From: Raillietiella orientalis
Lineage: Eukaryota
DNA length: 64,000 nucleotides
Assembly (NCBI GenBank): GCA_036172245.1
Contig: JAYWIR010000004.1
Location: 4,650,001-4,714,000, forward strand
Direction: 5' to 3'
Below the pieces are notes generated by a model. It did not search any database. It was not told where the DNA came from and worked only from the letters and a program-made list of their open reading frames with translations. Below, piece by piece: positions 1 through 14,455 of this stretch (its first letter is position 1; each line of letters starts with the position of its first letter). Position numbers and translations under genes: made by a program.

Positions 1-629
1 ATAGAATGTCGGTGAGAATGTTTTCATGGCTTTTCGTTGTAGATAGCCATAGCTGAATGAGAAAACCGTCTTTGGGAAGCTTTTCGAATCCAATTTTCCA
101 AAGCATCAGTTATTGAACGAATATCGAATTTTCTAGTTTCAGAAAACACATCTGAAGAGTTGGTGGAAATCCACTGCCAGCATCAAGGAATCAGGCGGTG
201 ACAGGAAAGCTTCTGGCATTGGCAAGTGTTTACAATCTTCTCATTAGAAAGGCAGAGAATTGGTTGAAGATCAAACATGTATCATGTAACACATGTATCA
301 TGACAAAATGCACTTTTGCATCTTCTCAGAAATTTCCAGAAATGGAAATTTCCAGATTTGCTGATCGAAGTGCAATTTTTCATTTCTCAACTGATCTGGA
401 CCTACCGTTGGCAGATTTCTTTCTTACTATGATATTTGATGTGTCTGCTCTGCATAAGATGGATATGCAAGTTCGGAGACAAGTAGATACAGATTTCCAC
501 TTTATCAGCAACTTTCTAGGAAATTCAAGCAGAAAGCAGAAAAACCTTTTGAGTTTTTTTTTTAATAACGTTCTTCAAACACGTGTTGGAAAATGAAAGA
601 TCCCCTTCAGAACTGTGAGCATTTTTCTG

Positions 630-1700
630 TAATTAGGAGTTTCCTTCAAAGATATAAACAAACACTCTACCTTCCCGATTCTCTCGCCTTACGATGAAAA
701 AGTAGACCAACTGATGTGAAAGACTCATTCAGAATCACCTCTTCTAGAGAGCATCCATGCCATGGTTTCATCGATGCTGATTACTTCTGCTGGTTTGGTG
801 CTCTGAATCCATTAACTTTTTTTCCGGTTCAGGAATTCTCCAGCATGACGTCCTACTGTTTTTATACGTGTGCGTTTGTACTGCATATGTTCATGGCAGG
901 TCCAGGAATTCGATGGATATTTTTAGGAAAATTTTTCACTTGCCTCTGCTTTATGAGTTAAACATGGAAGCGTTCTTTCCTCCCGAATCTCCACTCTTTC
1001 CGTTTCCTCCTTCGAAAATCATCAGGAAGCTCTATTTCCCAAGGCATCCCTTCCCGGATGTCTCGTAAACTTGCGCTGCCTCCCATATTAAACAAAAAAA
1101 AATGCGCATCCTAAACTCCAGCCGGACTTTCCTTCCAAGGGAAGAGTTCATCGGAGCGATGATTACTTCCTCCCTAATGTCACCTCGAATTAAAATACGT
1201 CTGATGATTTCAAGATTACTTGTGGCGTGCAGGTTGCAGACGCGCATTCCAACTGCTCTTTGCTCGTTTCGTTTTATTGAGATAGTGACTAAGAATTACG
1301 GTCATCCGGAAAGCCTTTGGTGCAAAAAGGGATATCGCCGGTATCCTTTGGGATATTCCCACGCTGCAAACAGAGATTGAAAATATTAACATTCCGCCAA
1401 ACGACAACTGAACGAACGACCAATCTCAAGGACCAATGTCTTTTTCCTTTTGGAAGCAATTTGCATTCTGGAGGTAAAGGCTGAGCTTAAAATTATGAGA
1501 TCATTCGTGTTTCTTCTAATTTCATGATTCTAACATACTGGACAAGTCCTGCGTACATCTCTGGCTCCAATGACTTAGTGTATCCAAATTTGGTATATAA
1601 AATGATGCTAAAAAGGAGGATATAAGCAGATGGAGGGAAGGAGAAGGGTTCCATTGTACTTTTCGCCTGTCTCTACTCTTCAACTCTTCTCGTGATTCTT
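630..1700 (-). mobile_element. Decayed non-LTR (CR1/L2-like) LINE: ORF1 C-terminus plus APE endonuclease N-terminus
   Basis: Minus-strand remnants, with stops and frameshifts: MNICSTNAH (~xIxxxNARS), KPAEVISIDET..W (~PDII.ITETW), LFHRKARESGR*SVCLY (~RKDR..GRGGGVCLY), and upstream EELKSRDRRK. Confidence 0.5.
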
Positions 1701-4700
1701 GAATATTCTTCGAGCACGGAGAGCCATCCGAGAAGTTTCCAGCACACATTCCGGAAACACCGGGTGACCAAGCACACCATTCCCTTACTGACGTTCTGCT
1801 CCAGCTTCTTGGGATGCTGCAGCTCCTTCAACGCTTTATGATCTCCCGACACTTAATGCCCCAGAAATCCTGCCACGGTGGCTTTTGGAGCACTAGACCA
1901 GAATTCAGCCTCAACTGACCAGTTCGACTGACCTAACGCCACAGTTTCAGGGTCGCTTTGTGATTGAGCCATTAGCTCATCGTGTCTCTCCGTAACCACT
2001 GTGCTGACGCATCTGTTGAGGATGTTATCTGGCCTCATCTTCCTCACAAATGATCGGCATCGTCCCTGGCAATGGAAGTCTTCACAGGCTGAATAGCGTC
2101 TCATGACTGTGCGTTACGTCATCGTATCTATCGAGCACGTCGTATTTCTTCAGTGTATGATAGCAATGAAATCTAGAACTGCCAGTTGCTTCTGTTCACT
2201 CATTCTATCGTTCGTCTAAGATAATCCATTTTTTCCGCCTTCTGTTCTGCGGGCTTCGAATCACCAGAATTCTGCGAAAAACCGAACCGTTCTCATTGCT
2301 GATAGGAATATCATGAATTCCAAACGTGAAGCCTGGACTAGCTATCACTCGGTGCTCTCCTGAAATGCAGATGATATCTGGAGCTCAAGTAGTAAACTAA
2401 CCCTTGCGGATCTTACAAGCATCTTAAGCAGTCCGCGGCTAGAGCTGGTGCCATGTGCATGGCGTAGCTAGAAAGAAACGATATTTTTGCCCATGAGGCA
2501 GAAGAGCGGCTGATGATGTCCCTTGCGAAAAGCAGGTCTCGAGCAGATATCCCAATTTGCGCTTCCAGCAAGTGTTCTCTGGACCATGATGTCTGTTTCG
2601 TACTGGTTAGAGTTGAGAAATCTACTAGCAGGAGTGACTTTAATAAGTTCCTTTTCCACCTGCTTATTTTTAGAGCTCATTTGAGAAGGAAGGATTTTTC
2701 AAGCAAGGATTTTTCTCTCATTCATACAATCCGAGACGTCAAAATAGAGTCAAAATAGATTACCGTCTTCTAAGTCGTTGAACACCTATTTCATCTTTGC
2801 TTATTCTTTGCATTTGTGGAAATGCCATCGTCCGAGCTTTCCTATTCTTCGAATGTATGGGAAGTCCCTTCGTGGAGTGAAAGGGTAGCGGAGACGATTG
2901 AAGATTGCTAAAGTAAATGAATCCCTATAATCATAAAAAAAGAATGAAGAGAAAAAAAAAAAGGCTTCTTTGGAACCCTTGCTTTGGAGAATGAAATGTT
3001 TCTTTGAATTAGGATGGAGGCACATGTTTCCTGATCATAGGGCATGCCGTACATTTGGCAACTGCAAGAATCAGAACGGAAGCAACGGCGTGTTCCATGT
3101 TGAGAGAGAAAAGGCTCGCATGGGTTCTCTCAATTTTAACAATTCCTAAGAAGCAATGAAAGGAAAGGCGAGGCAGAAAAACAAATAACAGAAAGATCCG
3201 GAAGCTGCGCTTTTCCTTCTGTCACGTTTCCTTTTTATTTTATTTTTGCTGCTTGCACTCCAAGATTAAAGGAGGTGCTGGATGGGATGAAGTTAAACGC
3301 CCTAAGACTCCAAAATCTTCAGTTGCGTTCTGCTGCTGATTTCTTTTTCACAGAACAAGATTAGCAAAGCTGAAGATGCATCCTGAAGAGTCCACATAAA
3401 CGGACTCGGAGATCGAGAAAGCCAAAGACTCCTGAGTGTATGGAAACAAATATGGGAATGCAGTTAACTATTTCATTGTGAATCTGAGAGAGAGAGGGCT
3501 GCTATGGGTTTATCTCGATTCCTTCTCCTGTCTTGAGGCAGCACCGGACTCATGCCTGCACCAAGTTCACTGGAGGGCAAGGCAACTAGGTACCTTGATC
3601 TTGGGCAGCAAATCTTTGTATTTATAAAGGAATCCAATCAAGCTGAGAGTTCGTTGGCACCCCCTATTATGTGTGACCCATGTGTTTTGGTTTTTAGCTT
3701 TTTCTTTTCATTTTTTTTTTTTTAATGAGGAAACGGATGCTGCGTTCAATGTGTAGATTGCAACTCAGCAATCACAAAATCAGAATCGATGTTTCCTGTT
3801 TTTCTTTCTGGTCTGTTTCCTTATCAACAGCAATTAATAAGATAATAATCAATCTCTTATACTACAGTTGGATTCATCTTCCGCCGCTCTGGAAGCCTTC
3901 GAGGAAACACATGACAAACATGAAAGAAATCAAGCGTTCTGGGCTGGACCTTAGATAAGGAAGGTGGAACGAATCGGCCCGCGGATCTTGGGATCTTTGC
4001 ACGATGCAGTGGGACGGAGATGCACTGGGATAATGAAATTCCCGTGCCAGTTTTCCGAAAGGTCGTAAGAGTCAGCCCTGGGAGGAAGAACGGCAAATGC
4101 CCTGTCGCAAAAAGGCAAAGAGCAGATTCGAGGGACGGCAGGGCTCCGCGCAAGTTCAAGATTAGAGGGTTCCCCAAGCTCCGGTGATGGGAAGCCGACA
4201 AAAGAACACCGGGAGGCACTCTGGCAATCTCCTTGTTCAAACAAAGGTTTGAATAAACTCGGGTAGCTGAGGGATGCGCAAGTACGGATGGGTAGAATCT
4301 CGAAGATCAGGTCATCAATGGAGAAAAAGAACGCTTGTACTTACAGAGGCAGGATGCCTGTTTACGAATGCGGAACGGACCGAGGTTAAGAGAAGGGTTC
4401 TCTTAAGATTTCTCTCCACGACAAGCAGAGACCAACGGAGCGTGCCTTCAGTGACCCGTTAATCGCAGTCCGGGGATAGTTCCTCGGAGCAAGCAAGATG
4501 CGTGGAATGAAACCTTCGAGCATGCCGCATTTCAAATTGCGGGCTGGATTCGGGGTTCTGTGTGTTCCTTGATTAAAGTGGCTCCGGGATGAATGGAGAA
4601 ATTTCCATGTCAAGCAGCGGGAAAACATATACATTCAAATGGTTCCTTGTCGAGGAAAAAGTATTCCTATTTCTTTGAAATCGGGATCCCCTAAGAAGCA

Positions 4701-5699
4701 GAGTCGCATGCTTCTTCGTCCACCAAAAGGTCCAAAGCTCGAATTCTCCTTCCTCCTTTTGATCTCTGTCCAGATTCTCACATCTCAAGTATCGGCTAAT
4801 CGCAGGTATGTTTCAGTTACACAGTTATATATAGTTTAACGGAGGGGACCAGTACAAATTCTCATCAACTGTATCAAACATTCCAATGTGTGTGTATCCT
4901 GAAGAATCTCAGGGATCTACTCTTACATAATGTAAAGAGTTCCCCACTTTTTACTTTATAATTCTATCTGCCTCGAGTTCCATTCCAATGGCTTCCAAGT
5001 TGCAATAACGATTCACCACCATCCATGCCATGAAGCATAACTTAGCAGCTGACCTTCATGGTGGAGTGGTGCGGTTCTGCTCACGTACTATCTGGGATGG
5101 TGAGTAGCCTGAAGAGAATCACTTTGTCCGAACACACTTTTGTCAAAAGATTTGGATTTGCTTCTCCGCGTTCATGAAGCTTCGAAAGTTGCAGCCACCG
5201 AGATGTTGATCCTTCGGGTTCCTCATACAAAAGACCTCTGAACTTCCTTGCTAGCAGCGGGAAAAAAAATCCCAGAACGCCCAAGGGATTAGAAGTTGCG
5301 TTGATACCAAGAATGCCCTATAATAAGAAAATGGTGCGCTTACGGTAATTTTCCAACCTGGGTGATAGGTTTCCAAAAATGCGTGTGCTGCCTACTGTAG
5401 TATAGAGCTCCAAGAATTCCGAGGCTGCAGTTGGGAAAAAACGATTCAAAATTCAAAGAAAGAAACTACATGGGAAATTCAATATTTTTGAACAGTTCTG
5501 GAGACCTGAGGCACATGGATGGAAAGGAAGCAAACGAACAAAGCGGATGGAAAAGGATTAAGGTAGTGAGTGGCCGAAATTCTTTTGCAACAGATTTTTC
5601 GGAGATAATCATATTTTCACTTTCACACTTATAGTTTCAGCTTAATGGCGGAGAGACATTACAAAGCACGGCACCACCTGGATTCACTATTAGAGAGAA

Positions 5700-6270
5700 A
5701 GATAACTATCTGTTATGGCACTTCCTGATGAAGACCTTCAACGTGCGAACGAACCGAGAACGCCGAATTTGCTTGTGTTATTACAGACTTACGTAGCGAC
5801 CATTCTGCAATGACTGAGATGGAGAAGTGGAAGAGAACTTTTAAAAAATAACTAACTGACCCCACTGACGAATCAGAACAGAAAAAGCGATTCAGAACCG
5901 TTCTTCCTGAAGGTCTGAGGAAATCCTCGTCCAAATTCCGCAAAACTTTTGCAGCAGTCATCTTGCCATGAGGATGAGAAGGAGCATGAGCATCTGGGAT
6001 CTGCAGCTTCAGTTTCAAAGAAGTGAGAAGACGTCTTGCAATAAAACCATGCTTCCTCGAGAAAATGAAAGTGGGAAAATCATCATTCCCAGATATTAGC
6101 AGTGTGGATTTCATTCTCCTGATTCTGTGACCCCTTTCTGTGACAATGAAGGATCGAACAGTAATCTGTCAGTAATGTGCTTGTCGTTGGAATGTGCTGC
6201 ATCGTCACGATTGACTCACATGGGGACTTCCGGAAAGGAAGGATGTACAAGAGCATGTTTCCTCTGTAAG
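5700..6270 (-). mobile_element. Decayed LINE reverse transcriptase fragment
   Basis: Ordered remnants RKHALVHP (~WK.A.V.PI), DYCSI (~NYRPIS), SRKHGF (~QHGF), DFLRPSGRTV (~DF.KAFD.V), SG-VP* (~SGVPQ). Confidence 0.55.
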
Positions 6271-7847
6271 GCTCGGAGAAAAGTCCAAACCGGATTTATG
6301 CCTTGTCTTGTTGTCGGCATACAATAGCATGAAATGCACATCTACGGTGACCGCTTGAAGCTGTGAGCTCACAGCTTCAGGTACATGCATTAATAGTAAG
6401 ATGGGAGTGAGCTGAAATCCGCATAGTTAACCTAGGAAGGTCGTGACTAAGCGGCTCGAAAAACTGGTTTTCCCTGAGAGTTCTATGGAATTTCAACAGG
6501 CCGATGCAAACAGCCAGTTCTGTGACCTCGATTATCGCATCTTCTTCGAAATTGCATTGGAGAAAGGAATCCACTGGCTTTTGTGGAAACTCGAAACAAA
6601 TCTTTGGATGCGTTTATTTTCAGTGAATTTCTCATATTTGAAAAAATAGATTGAGATGCCACCAGCTCTCAGTTTCAGGCTGCAGCTCTTGAATTTTCAG
6701 CTCATGCAGGCTGGACTGTGGCAGTTGAGACGCATTCCTTTGAAATGGCTACAGGCAGCATCTAATTGTCGTGTGCTCATTGAGCTTCTGGATTAGGATT
6801 TCTAAGAATTTGATAGCATTTGAATTGATTCTCGAAAATCAATTTAACGCAGTGAAGCTATTCAAAAACTCTAAAGTTCTTAGGGGGAGCAGGCCAAGCA
6901 ACACGTGTTGCAGAGGAATAGGGAAACACGTAGTATTTTCTTCAAGAGAATCAGAGATAGCTCTAAACGGTGTTGGCCATTTCATCACGGAGTCAAATAT
7001 GAATGGTTTCTTCCTTATTATACCGGAATGAATGTCGTGAGATTTGCAGTTTACAGCTATTTGATCGATTCATGTAGTCCCCTAGATTCTGACGAGGTTA
7101 CTTGACACTCGGTGTCTCGATTCTTCCAGAATCTGATGAAAATTTCAAATCTGAGGAAGAAACAAAACAAAACAGAACTTAGGGTGAGATTGTCAAAAAA
7201 ATTTGACTTACTACCCTCTTTCAGAAGAGCATGACTGTTCTGCAGTCACTCTTGCATTGCAATTCCTTACAAAAAAAGACCTCCTCACATTCTCTGCACC
7301 TACTTCAAAGAGTTGAGGGCATGAAAAATCCCTATTGTGAAAACGTTATTATCGTTTTGATGTTGTTTCCTCACTCTTTAGCACTCTTTGACTTTTGTTT
7401 TGGGTCGAAAATATGAACTTTCAATTTTTTCCTTACCGATTGCTTCATTCCTCCATGTTTGTGTGTGCGGGATTTTTGAACTTTATGAGAAGAAAATTAG
7501 TACTTAAATCCTTTTAAAATTCCTCGGAAGATGATTTGCTTGCTCCGTTTACTGTGGAGCGAAAACTTCTGCCTGAATCACTGGAGTTTGAACGAAGAAT
7601 AGAGGAATTTGATCACAAGAAATTGAAATCACATATTAGTCTGTTGCATTTGTGCACATGGCTGGATTTGATAATGGAAATGACTGCTCACCCTTTGGGC
7701 TCCCTCATGAACGTGATGTAGTAATTAGTCCTATTGATTGTTTGTTCCATAGAGTCCATTATTTGAGAAAGCAGAGAGAGAGTTAAACCACAAGGCTTGG
7801 TAAGCTCTGTTCTTTCAAGCAGAAGCAGACTGAACCGTGATCTCCCG

Positions 7848-7895
7848 ATTAACTTCACACGCATCCTGGAAATGTGCGTGAAGTTAATTAACTTC
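7848..7895. repeat. Imperfect 17-bp hairpin overlapping a perfect 16-bp palindrome GAAGTTAATTAACTTC
   Basis: Arms 7848-7864 and 7872-7888 (15/17 Watson-Crick pairs); palindrome at 7880-7895. Confidence 0.8.
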
Positions 7896-10379
7896 GTGTG
7901 AACTTGAGATTAACACACTGTGCTTCTTTTTCTTTTTTTCATTTCCATGCATTAATATGAAGAGGAAGAAAAGGCTGCAGATTCATAAATCCATTACGAT
8001 ACTATCGAGCCATTGATCCGATGAGAAAGATGGTAGGAACACAAGTTTTGGCTTGCAAATGGCTCTGAGAGAAGCCAAAGAGATTATTGTCAATGAGTAG
8101 ATTTCAGATATCCAGGTATGCATAAAACAATGCAAGGAAGGGATTACCCACATCCTCCGCCATTTCTTTGGTCTATCCAAGCTTTCCACTGTTGGCAAAG
8201 GGCTGATCCGCAACGGGTGTCACTAATTAGGTGAAGGCATAATTGGAGGGATTTGTCACTGTGGATCGAACCTGAAGCCTTTTCCGGGGGTCCCCTTTAT
8301 GAGAAACCAGCTTGTTCGAGTTCCAGCGTTGAGTGAGTCCAAAGAATAGTCTTCTGGCCACTCGACTGGTTCCTTGGTCCGGAGGGTGTCCCTACTGGAT
8401 GTTCGATGACACCACAGAAGTGCTGAGCCGTTTCTCATGAAGTCTAGGAATTCCCAGCTCTTACAGAGTATCGCGATCTTGGAATCCCAATGGCTCGAAG
8501 AGAATCGCGCTGACTGACGCTTAGTTTCCTGAGAGCGAAAGGGAAAGCTCGTGGTTCCAGCATTTTTCCTCGCTTACACGCCTTCTTGAACGCTGCCAGT
8601 GTGCTTCCGAGTCGGCACCATAAGTTGAATGGTTACGACTTAGTCCCCTGTGCTCGGGATGTGGTCGCAAGGACGACTCCACTCCGGGTGCTCTTTGCTG
8701 AGGACCAATGTCTCTTACCTCACGCTGATCACCTTCGTAAATGTAGCTGTCACGCCTCCTGATGCGAATGGTTGGGTGCTCTGCGCACGCAATGATTTGG
8801 AATGAGTAGCAGCCTTTGGTTCCATTCGGAACACAGCGGGAATATGGATCTGTTTCCCAGCTCGCGCTCGGATAGATAGGAACTGAAGACGTGCAGCATG
8901 CACGAATTCGTAGTCCTCAAATCTGCGAATTTGTAGTCCGTAGTTGGTTCTCGCTGGTAAGAAAATGGCTGGATGCTTGACGTAATCCAACGCAGTCCAA
9001 TCCCCTTGCCTGATCAGGGTGTTTGCCAATTAGGCATTGCCGTGTCTTCGTTGAGTGGTGCGAGAGCTGAGCGTGAACCGTCTCATGCTGCAGTCAGGAA
9101 GTTGCTTCTTCTTGTATCCTGAGTATGTCAGAATTCACCCGGAAAATGCCAGTCCATGCATGATGCTCGCAGACTGAGCCTAGGATGCGTGGACGGAGAA
9201 TGGTTTTTTGTCTTTAGCTGCAACTTTTCCAATTCAGCTCCCTTGAAAAATAGGATTTGCTGTCAGGGAGTGCATGTCCCCTTTTGAAATTTCCTCTAAG
9301 CTACTCTACTGTAGCGTACTTTCTTGTTTCATCGTCGATTTAGTTAAGATCACATATCAACAAGAATCTTAACATCCCTTTTTTATCAAAGTTCCCTTGT
9401 AAATCAACAAGTGCATCCAAGTTTCCCAAGCTCTCACTCGCCTGGGTTCAAGATCTTGAAAATAGAACTTGGAAAATCAGTAACATCCTTCAAGATTAAA
9501 GGGCTACTGACCCTTAATTTCCTAATTCTCGGTGAAGTGTTCTCGTGTTATCAATCCTTTTTTTTTTGCACTATCTCCCTGATGCCTGTTCTCTAGCAAC
9601 AAATACTTATGCCCACCTCAGAGCTCTTCTTCTAAAGAACAGAAACACTTTTGTTTATGAACACGACGGCGGACACCCGTCTTGTGCTTCTGTTGCACAG
9701 GACTCGCGTTCTATATATGTATTGAAGTGCGTCATGTTGTGTTTAGTCACTTCCTTCATTAATCTGCTGTTTTTCTGAACTTCCATTCATCTATGGTCTA
9801 TTTGGTGCGCTTTTGCATCACTTCCTATGCTCTTATCTTTCACCTCTTTGCTTTAGCAAGGGAAAACAGGAGCATTCGATTTCTTCCGTGAACCATTTGC
9901 TTGTGCGTGGAATGAGATTGCAATCAAGGCACGAGTATCCGAAACAGGAAGTCGATTCTCAGTATGTGTGCATTTTGCATAGAGCGCATTTAACATCGAT
10001 AGTAACGCCATCTTCTAAACGTTGCGCCATTATGAGAGTTGGCTTAAAGCTGCTTTGGAAACCTCTGTTGCTCTTCCAGTGTTGATGCACTTGTGAACGC
10101 TTTCATCTCTTAAACCAATTCGAGAGAATTAAGTCACCTGCACTTTCGACATTCCTTTCCTTCCTCAGAGTTGCTGTGCAGATTGCAGACCAGTGTCACT
10201 AGCGCAAAGAATGATGGTGCATAGCCTCCTCCTGACGGAGATGCGGCGGTGCTTCTCCCCTTCTTCAAACTTTGCATGATAATGTGGCGACAGCATGGCA
10301 GTTGAGGCTGCAAGACTCTTCCATTGTCTCTCTTTCCTATATGGAATAGTTTTCCTGAAGCTGCCAAAGACACTTCTGA

Positions 10380-10600
10380 GTCTAGCGGCACAAAAACATG
10401 CGAATTTGATATCCAACTGATGGGATTAAGTTCCGATGCTCGTGAAATACTCCACCTTCCCTGAGGAGATTGAGTAATATCACAGGTGAAATTATGCAGG
10501 CATCTTCTGTCACCCTCCAAAGAACTGTTAAAGGATTGCTACATTCTCCTGTAGGCATTTGATCAAGCAAATTGGATTTCTGCTGTCACCATTCACTCTC
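10380..10600 (-). mobile_element. Possible decayed LINE RT N-terminal fragment
   Basis: GDSRNPICLIKC (~GPD.I.P..LK.C) followed by DITQSPQGRWSISRASELNPISWIS (~.ITPI.K.G....SNYRPISL.S). Confidence 0.35.
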
Positions 10601-13600
10601 TAGGTGTAGTCCTCTTCCATGGATGAGATGCCTATTGCACGATGATCTTAGAAGTTTCGACTTACGTCAGGAACATTTCTTGAGATTCTCTCCATGCTGG
10701 AGATGAGTTGCAGCGGCAACCATGAGCGTGCATTGATGAGGAAAAAAACTGCGACGCTTGGGTGAAGCACGGAAATTTCCTTCTCCGTGAGAAGTTCCAA
10801 AGGGGTTGCCAACTCAACTGTACGGCAGCATGGAAACAAGGAGGACTTGCCTCAGACGATGTAACGGACAGGACCTTTTTGTGGCTGATTTTTCATTTCC
10901 TGGTCGTTCACGGAAATCTAGGATGCAGGTGGTCCGTGCTCGCAGCCGCTTGCATCTTGCTCAGCCTTCGCGGTGAGACTGCCCCTGTCTATCTCGCTCA
11001 GGGATTGCTGCCATCTTCTGGAACTGCGAACGAATTCCGAAGTCATGCCCTCACCGATGCTGCGCGGCTTGCCGGCACCACGCTCGAAAACGAACCGTCT
11101 CAATCTTGATTGGGAGCCAGTGCTGCTCGAGCTGCTGTTGCAAAGAACACCTTTTGTTTCGATTCAGCTCCCAGGGGACGCTTAATAATATCAAGCGGGA
11201 AAGCTCCTCCCGCCAGGCCTTTGAAATATTGTTCCAACAGGAAACCCGAATGGGAAGACGATGGACCATTCCTGCCTCAAAAAAAAAAAAAAAAAAATCC
11301 TACGAGTGCAGATGCTTTCAAGAAACTTTTCTATTTGTCTCCATTTTGACGACAATTTTTGCTTTGTTTCTTCCACATAGCAGCTGACATCTGGAGGGAG
11401 CAGAACCGAGAGGAAGAGAAATATTCGATTAATCCTGCATTTCTTGTTCGTAGGACACTGAGAAAGAGCCGTCTCGAGTAAGTCCCCAGTCCGCCTTCCG
11501 AAAAGTAGTGGTCCTTTATCTGAATGATGAATCGAATATCTGTAAGCAGTTAACTCTAAACGAGTTTCTAAGACTCAATGGGTAAAGCTCAGTAACGAAT
11601 GGCTTTGTCTAAATGATCGAGAGGAGCCATTAATATTATTGGGTACTTTGAATAGATCTTATTTGTGGAATGATGTAGAGCTGGCGCTCGGACCGACGTC
11701 TCGTGTGACCTAATCAATATTTTTTTTTCTCTCTCCCTCTTTGTCGCGCCGTGCTACACCCGGTTGAGAGTCCTTCTGTCCGAGGAGTGCTAAACGGTCC
11801 CGCAGTGTTCCTGGAAACAGCCCGTGAAAGACGGAAAGAAGTTAAGGAAATGAGAGGAAAGGACCAGGATCGGGCCGACGCTCTCAAAAATCCGATAAGG
11901 CAAACGGCCGCACGACCAAACCAACGAAGACCAGTCGTCGGAGGTCGTCGCTGAAATTCAGCATTCTTGTTCCATGCCAGGAGCTGGGCGAAGAGACCAG
12001 TCGGGTGAGACAACACCGGGACAGATTATAGATATGAGGTGTGTTCGAGGAGGGCTCTGGAGGAAGGAGGACAGACGAGTTCTGGACGGGATGAGGCTGC
12101 AACAGCGTGCTGGAGTCGTGATGATGCTGGTAGCTGTTTCTAGAATTTTCGAATGCTGCAGACATGCTCAAGGTTCAGAGCCTGGGGATGCTTCTGCAGA
12201 GGTGAGGAAGAAAGGTCGATCCTCAGCTGTTGTAAGTAACACCAACGTACGTCATTCTGTGTGGCAAGCAGCAGCTCAGCTAGCAGTCTAGTCTTCCAAG
12301 GATAATGAATCCATCCGTTTTTCTCTCCGGACAAACACATTTTTCTTTCCTTAGTGCCATTTTTTGGAGAGGGATGTACGGAACTGTATCTCCGGTTGCG
12401 GCACAAGCTTCACGAAGATGAGCTGAGGTTCGGCACTCAGGAAACAGCGGTACCTGCAAAACTGGGCGAATGAGCTGTATATCCGTTAAACTAGTGTTCC
12501 AGAGAACACCGGCCTAACGGCCAAGGAGCATCCAAAAAGTTTGAACTGTAGGGGGAAAGGAAGGTTGGGGAGAGACGAAGAGGGAGTTTCCATGACCTTC
12601 AGAGGAAGGAAAGTGACTCGGGCTGCTGAGGAAACACGTTAGAGTCGGCATGGAATGCCCTTGGAAGGATCAACCGTTCTACAGTGGCAGAGATGACCAG
12701 AGCTCTAAACTCAGGCCGCCTTGTACGGGACCGGTCCCCTAAGAAGACAGATTCGGTCTCCAGTGGTCAGATCTCCAGCTCCGAGGTCTCATATCTCTTC
12801 TGGAACTTCAAAGGCGGACAGAAAGATTTCGTGGGGCTAGTTGCTCCACAAAATCTTGTGTGATCTTGTGTGATCCTTGCTGCGGAAGGAATGGAAAGCG
12901 AGGCCTAGATAGTGACCTAGGGGTTGACCTGCGAGCGAAGAGCGAAGGATGCAGCTAGAAAGGAAAAAGTAGGTTCTCTGGAGATTCCTCGAGGCAGTCT
13001 TTTCCTCCTGACTTTGAGCGTGGGGCATCATGACTTCGAGTCTTCCCGTATCGGTCTTCTGGATTGCTGTGAAGGTCGCGCGGTGGAACATAGGTGAGGC
13101 GAGCTGCCCGCGGACCCCTGAACGCCTGCTGTCTCTTGAGCACCTAAGGAACCTGGCAAAGGATCCCGAAGACGGGCCGCGCGTGAGATTGAGCTGCGTG
13201 CCGCACGCAAGATCCGGAAGCGAGAACCTCCCACCCGCGCCGCACGCGACCTCGCGCGCTAAGCGGAGCAGCGGGATAGCTGGAGAAATCCGCCTCGAGT
13301 GCGATGCAGACCGGAGGACAGCAGCGCTCCTGGTGGCTCTGCGGAGAGTTAAGCTCTCGCCTCGAAGGAGCCAGACCCCAGGCAGGGCGGCAGCAGCCCT
13401 GCAGACTGCAGCGATCGGGAACTCCTCGCCTCCGGCAGAGTCAGCTTCCGCAGCCCGGTTCGACCGCCAGTGAACAGCTTGTGGCTGCTGGGGATTCCCT
13501 CCGAAGGGGACAGAGCTAGACCGCGTCCACCTCACGAGGAGCGACGAATGCTCCGAAGCACTTCCTCGAATCGGCGCCTTTCGCCTAGCCAAAGAGATCA

Positions 13601-14320
13601 AACAGTAATAATTATTGTTATGTAATAATACATAAGCAAAACGCGATAATGAACAAAAGTAAAGATGTGCGGTTCCTGGTCCTACAGAAGCTTCTGAATT
13701 TGTTGCTGTTGCCTCCAATGGGAGGAACTTTAGGCCCATGGGGCATGGGGTGCGAAGGACTGCGTCCCTTGGAGGGTCGGTCCGTTTCTCTGAGCAGCAG
13801 CGACCGCGCAGGCGCATCCTGTCCGTTTCACCTCTTCCTGCAACGTGCCCGTAGACACTTCCGCCGCGCACAGGAGGAGGAGGTGATGCTCGACAGTGCT
13901 CCGTCTTCCGGTCCAGGGCCATGGTCCATCCTTCCAGGAGCGCAGTCTCCCCCTCGCCTCCTTCCCTTTTCCCCGCCGTCCCCGCGTGGTGGACCCTCCC
14001 ACTCCGCGGTCGGACTACCGCCTTCAGCTCAGCAAGGCGCCGTCGCTTTTTCTCGGCTGCAGAGCTCCCGTGGGAAAGAAAGGGGAAATGCAGGGAAAGG
14101 CTTGAAGGCGGGTGGGGGAAGGAGGAGGAGGAGGACGAGAATATGGACGGTGCCGATCTCCTCCCGCGGGATCTTCCCAGCTCCTGTCTTCTCTCTTCCC
14201 TCCTTCTCTACGGTCCCCGTAGAGACGCCCCGAGTGAGGTCCCTCTCATCCCCTCAAGGAACGGGCGCGCGCACAGCGCCAGCGGCGGGGCTGCGCTGCG
14301 CCTCGCCCGGGAGATCCCGG

Positions 14321-14326
14321 TCAGTC
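14321..14326 (+). promoter_or_regulatory. Candidate arthropod-type Initiator (TCAGTC, fits TCAKTY), about 133 nt upstream of the ATG
   Basis: Consensus match inside the GC/CpG-rich region at a plausible distance; no TATA box or correctly spaced DPE seen. Confidence 0.35.
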
Positions 14327-14455
14327 CGCTCGCAGACGCGAGATGCTCCCCTCCGCCGCCGCCGCTCCTGTGTTCCCTGCGAGTGCGCGGGCTCTCTTCC
14401 ACAAGGAAGGCTGCAGGGAGCCGTCCGTCGTCACCGCCGCCTCGCATCCCCCACG

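Noticed and set aside
755..815. piggyBac transposase motif SIDETM on the minus strand
   Set aside because: The flanking motifs (TNA, RK.R...GR..VCLY) fit a LINE APE endonuclease better
8040..8330. Possible RNase H remnant (LQMALREAKE...ISDIQ)
   Set aside because: Catalytic motifs are not convincingly recognisable
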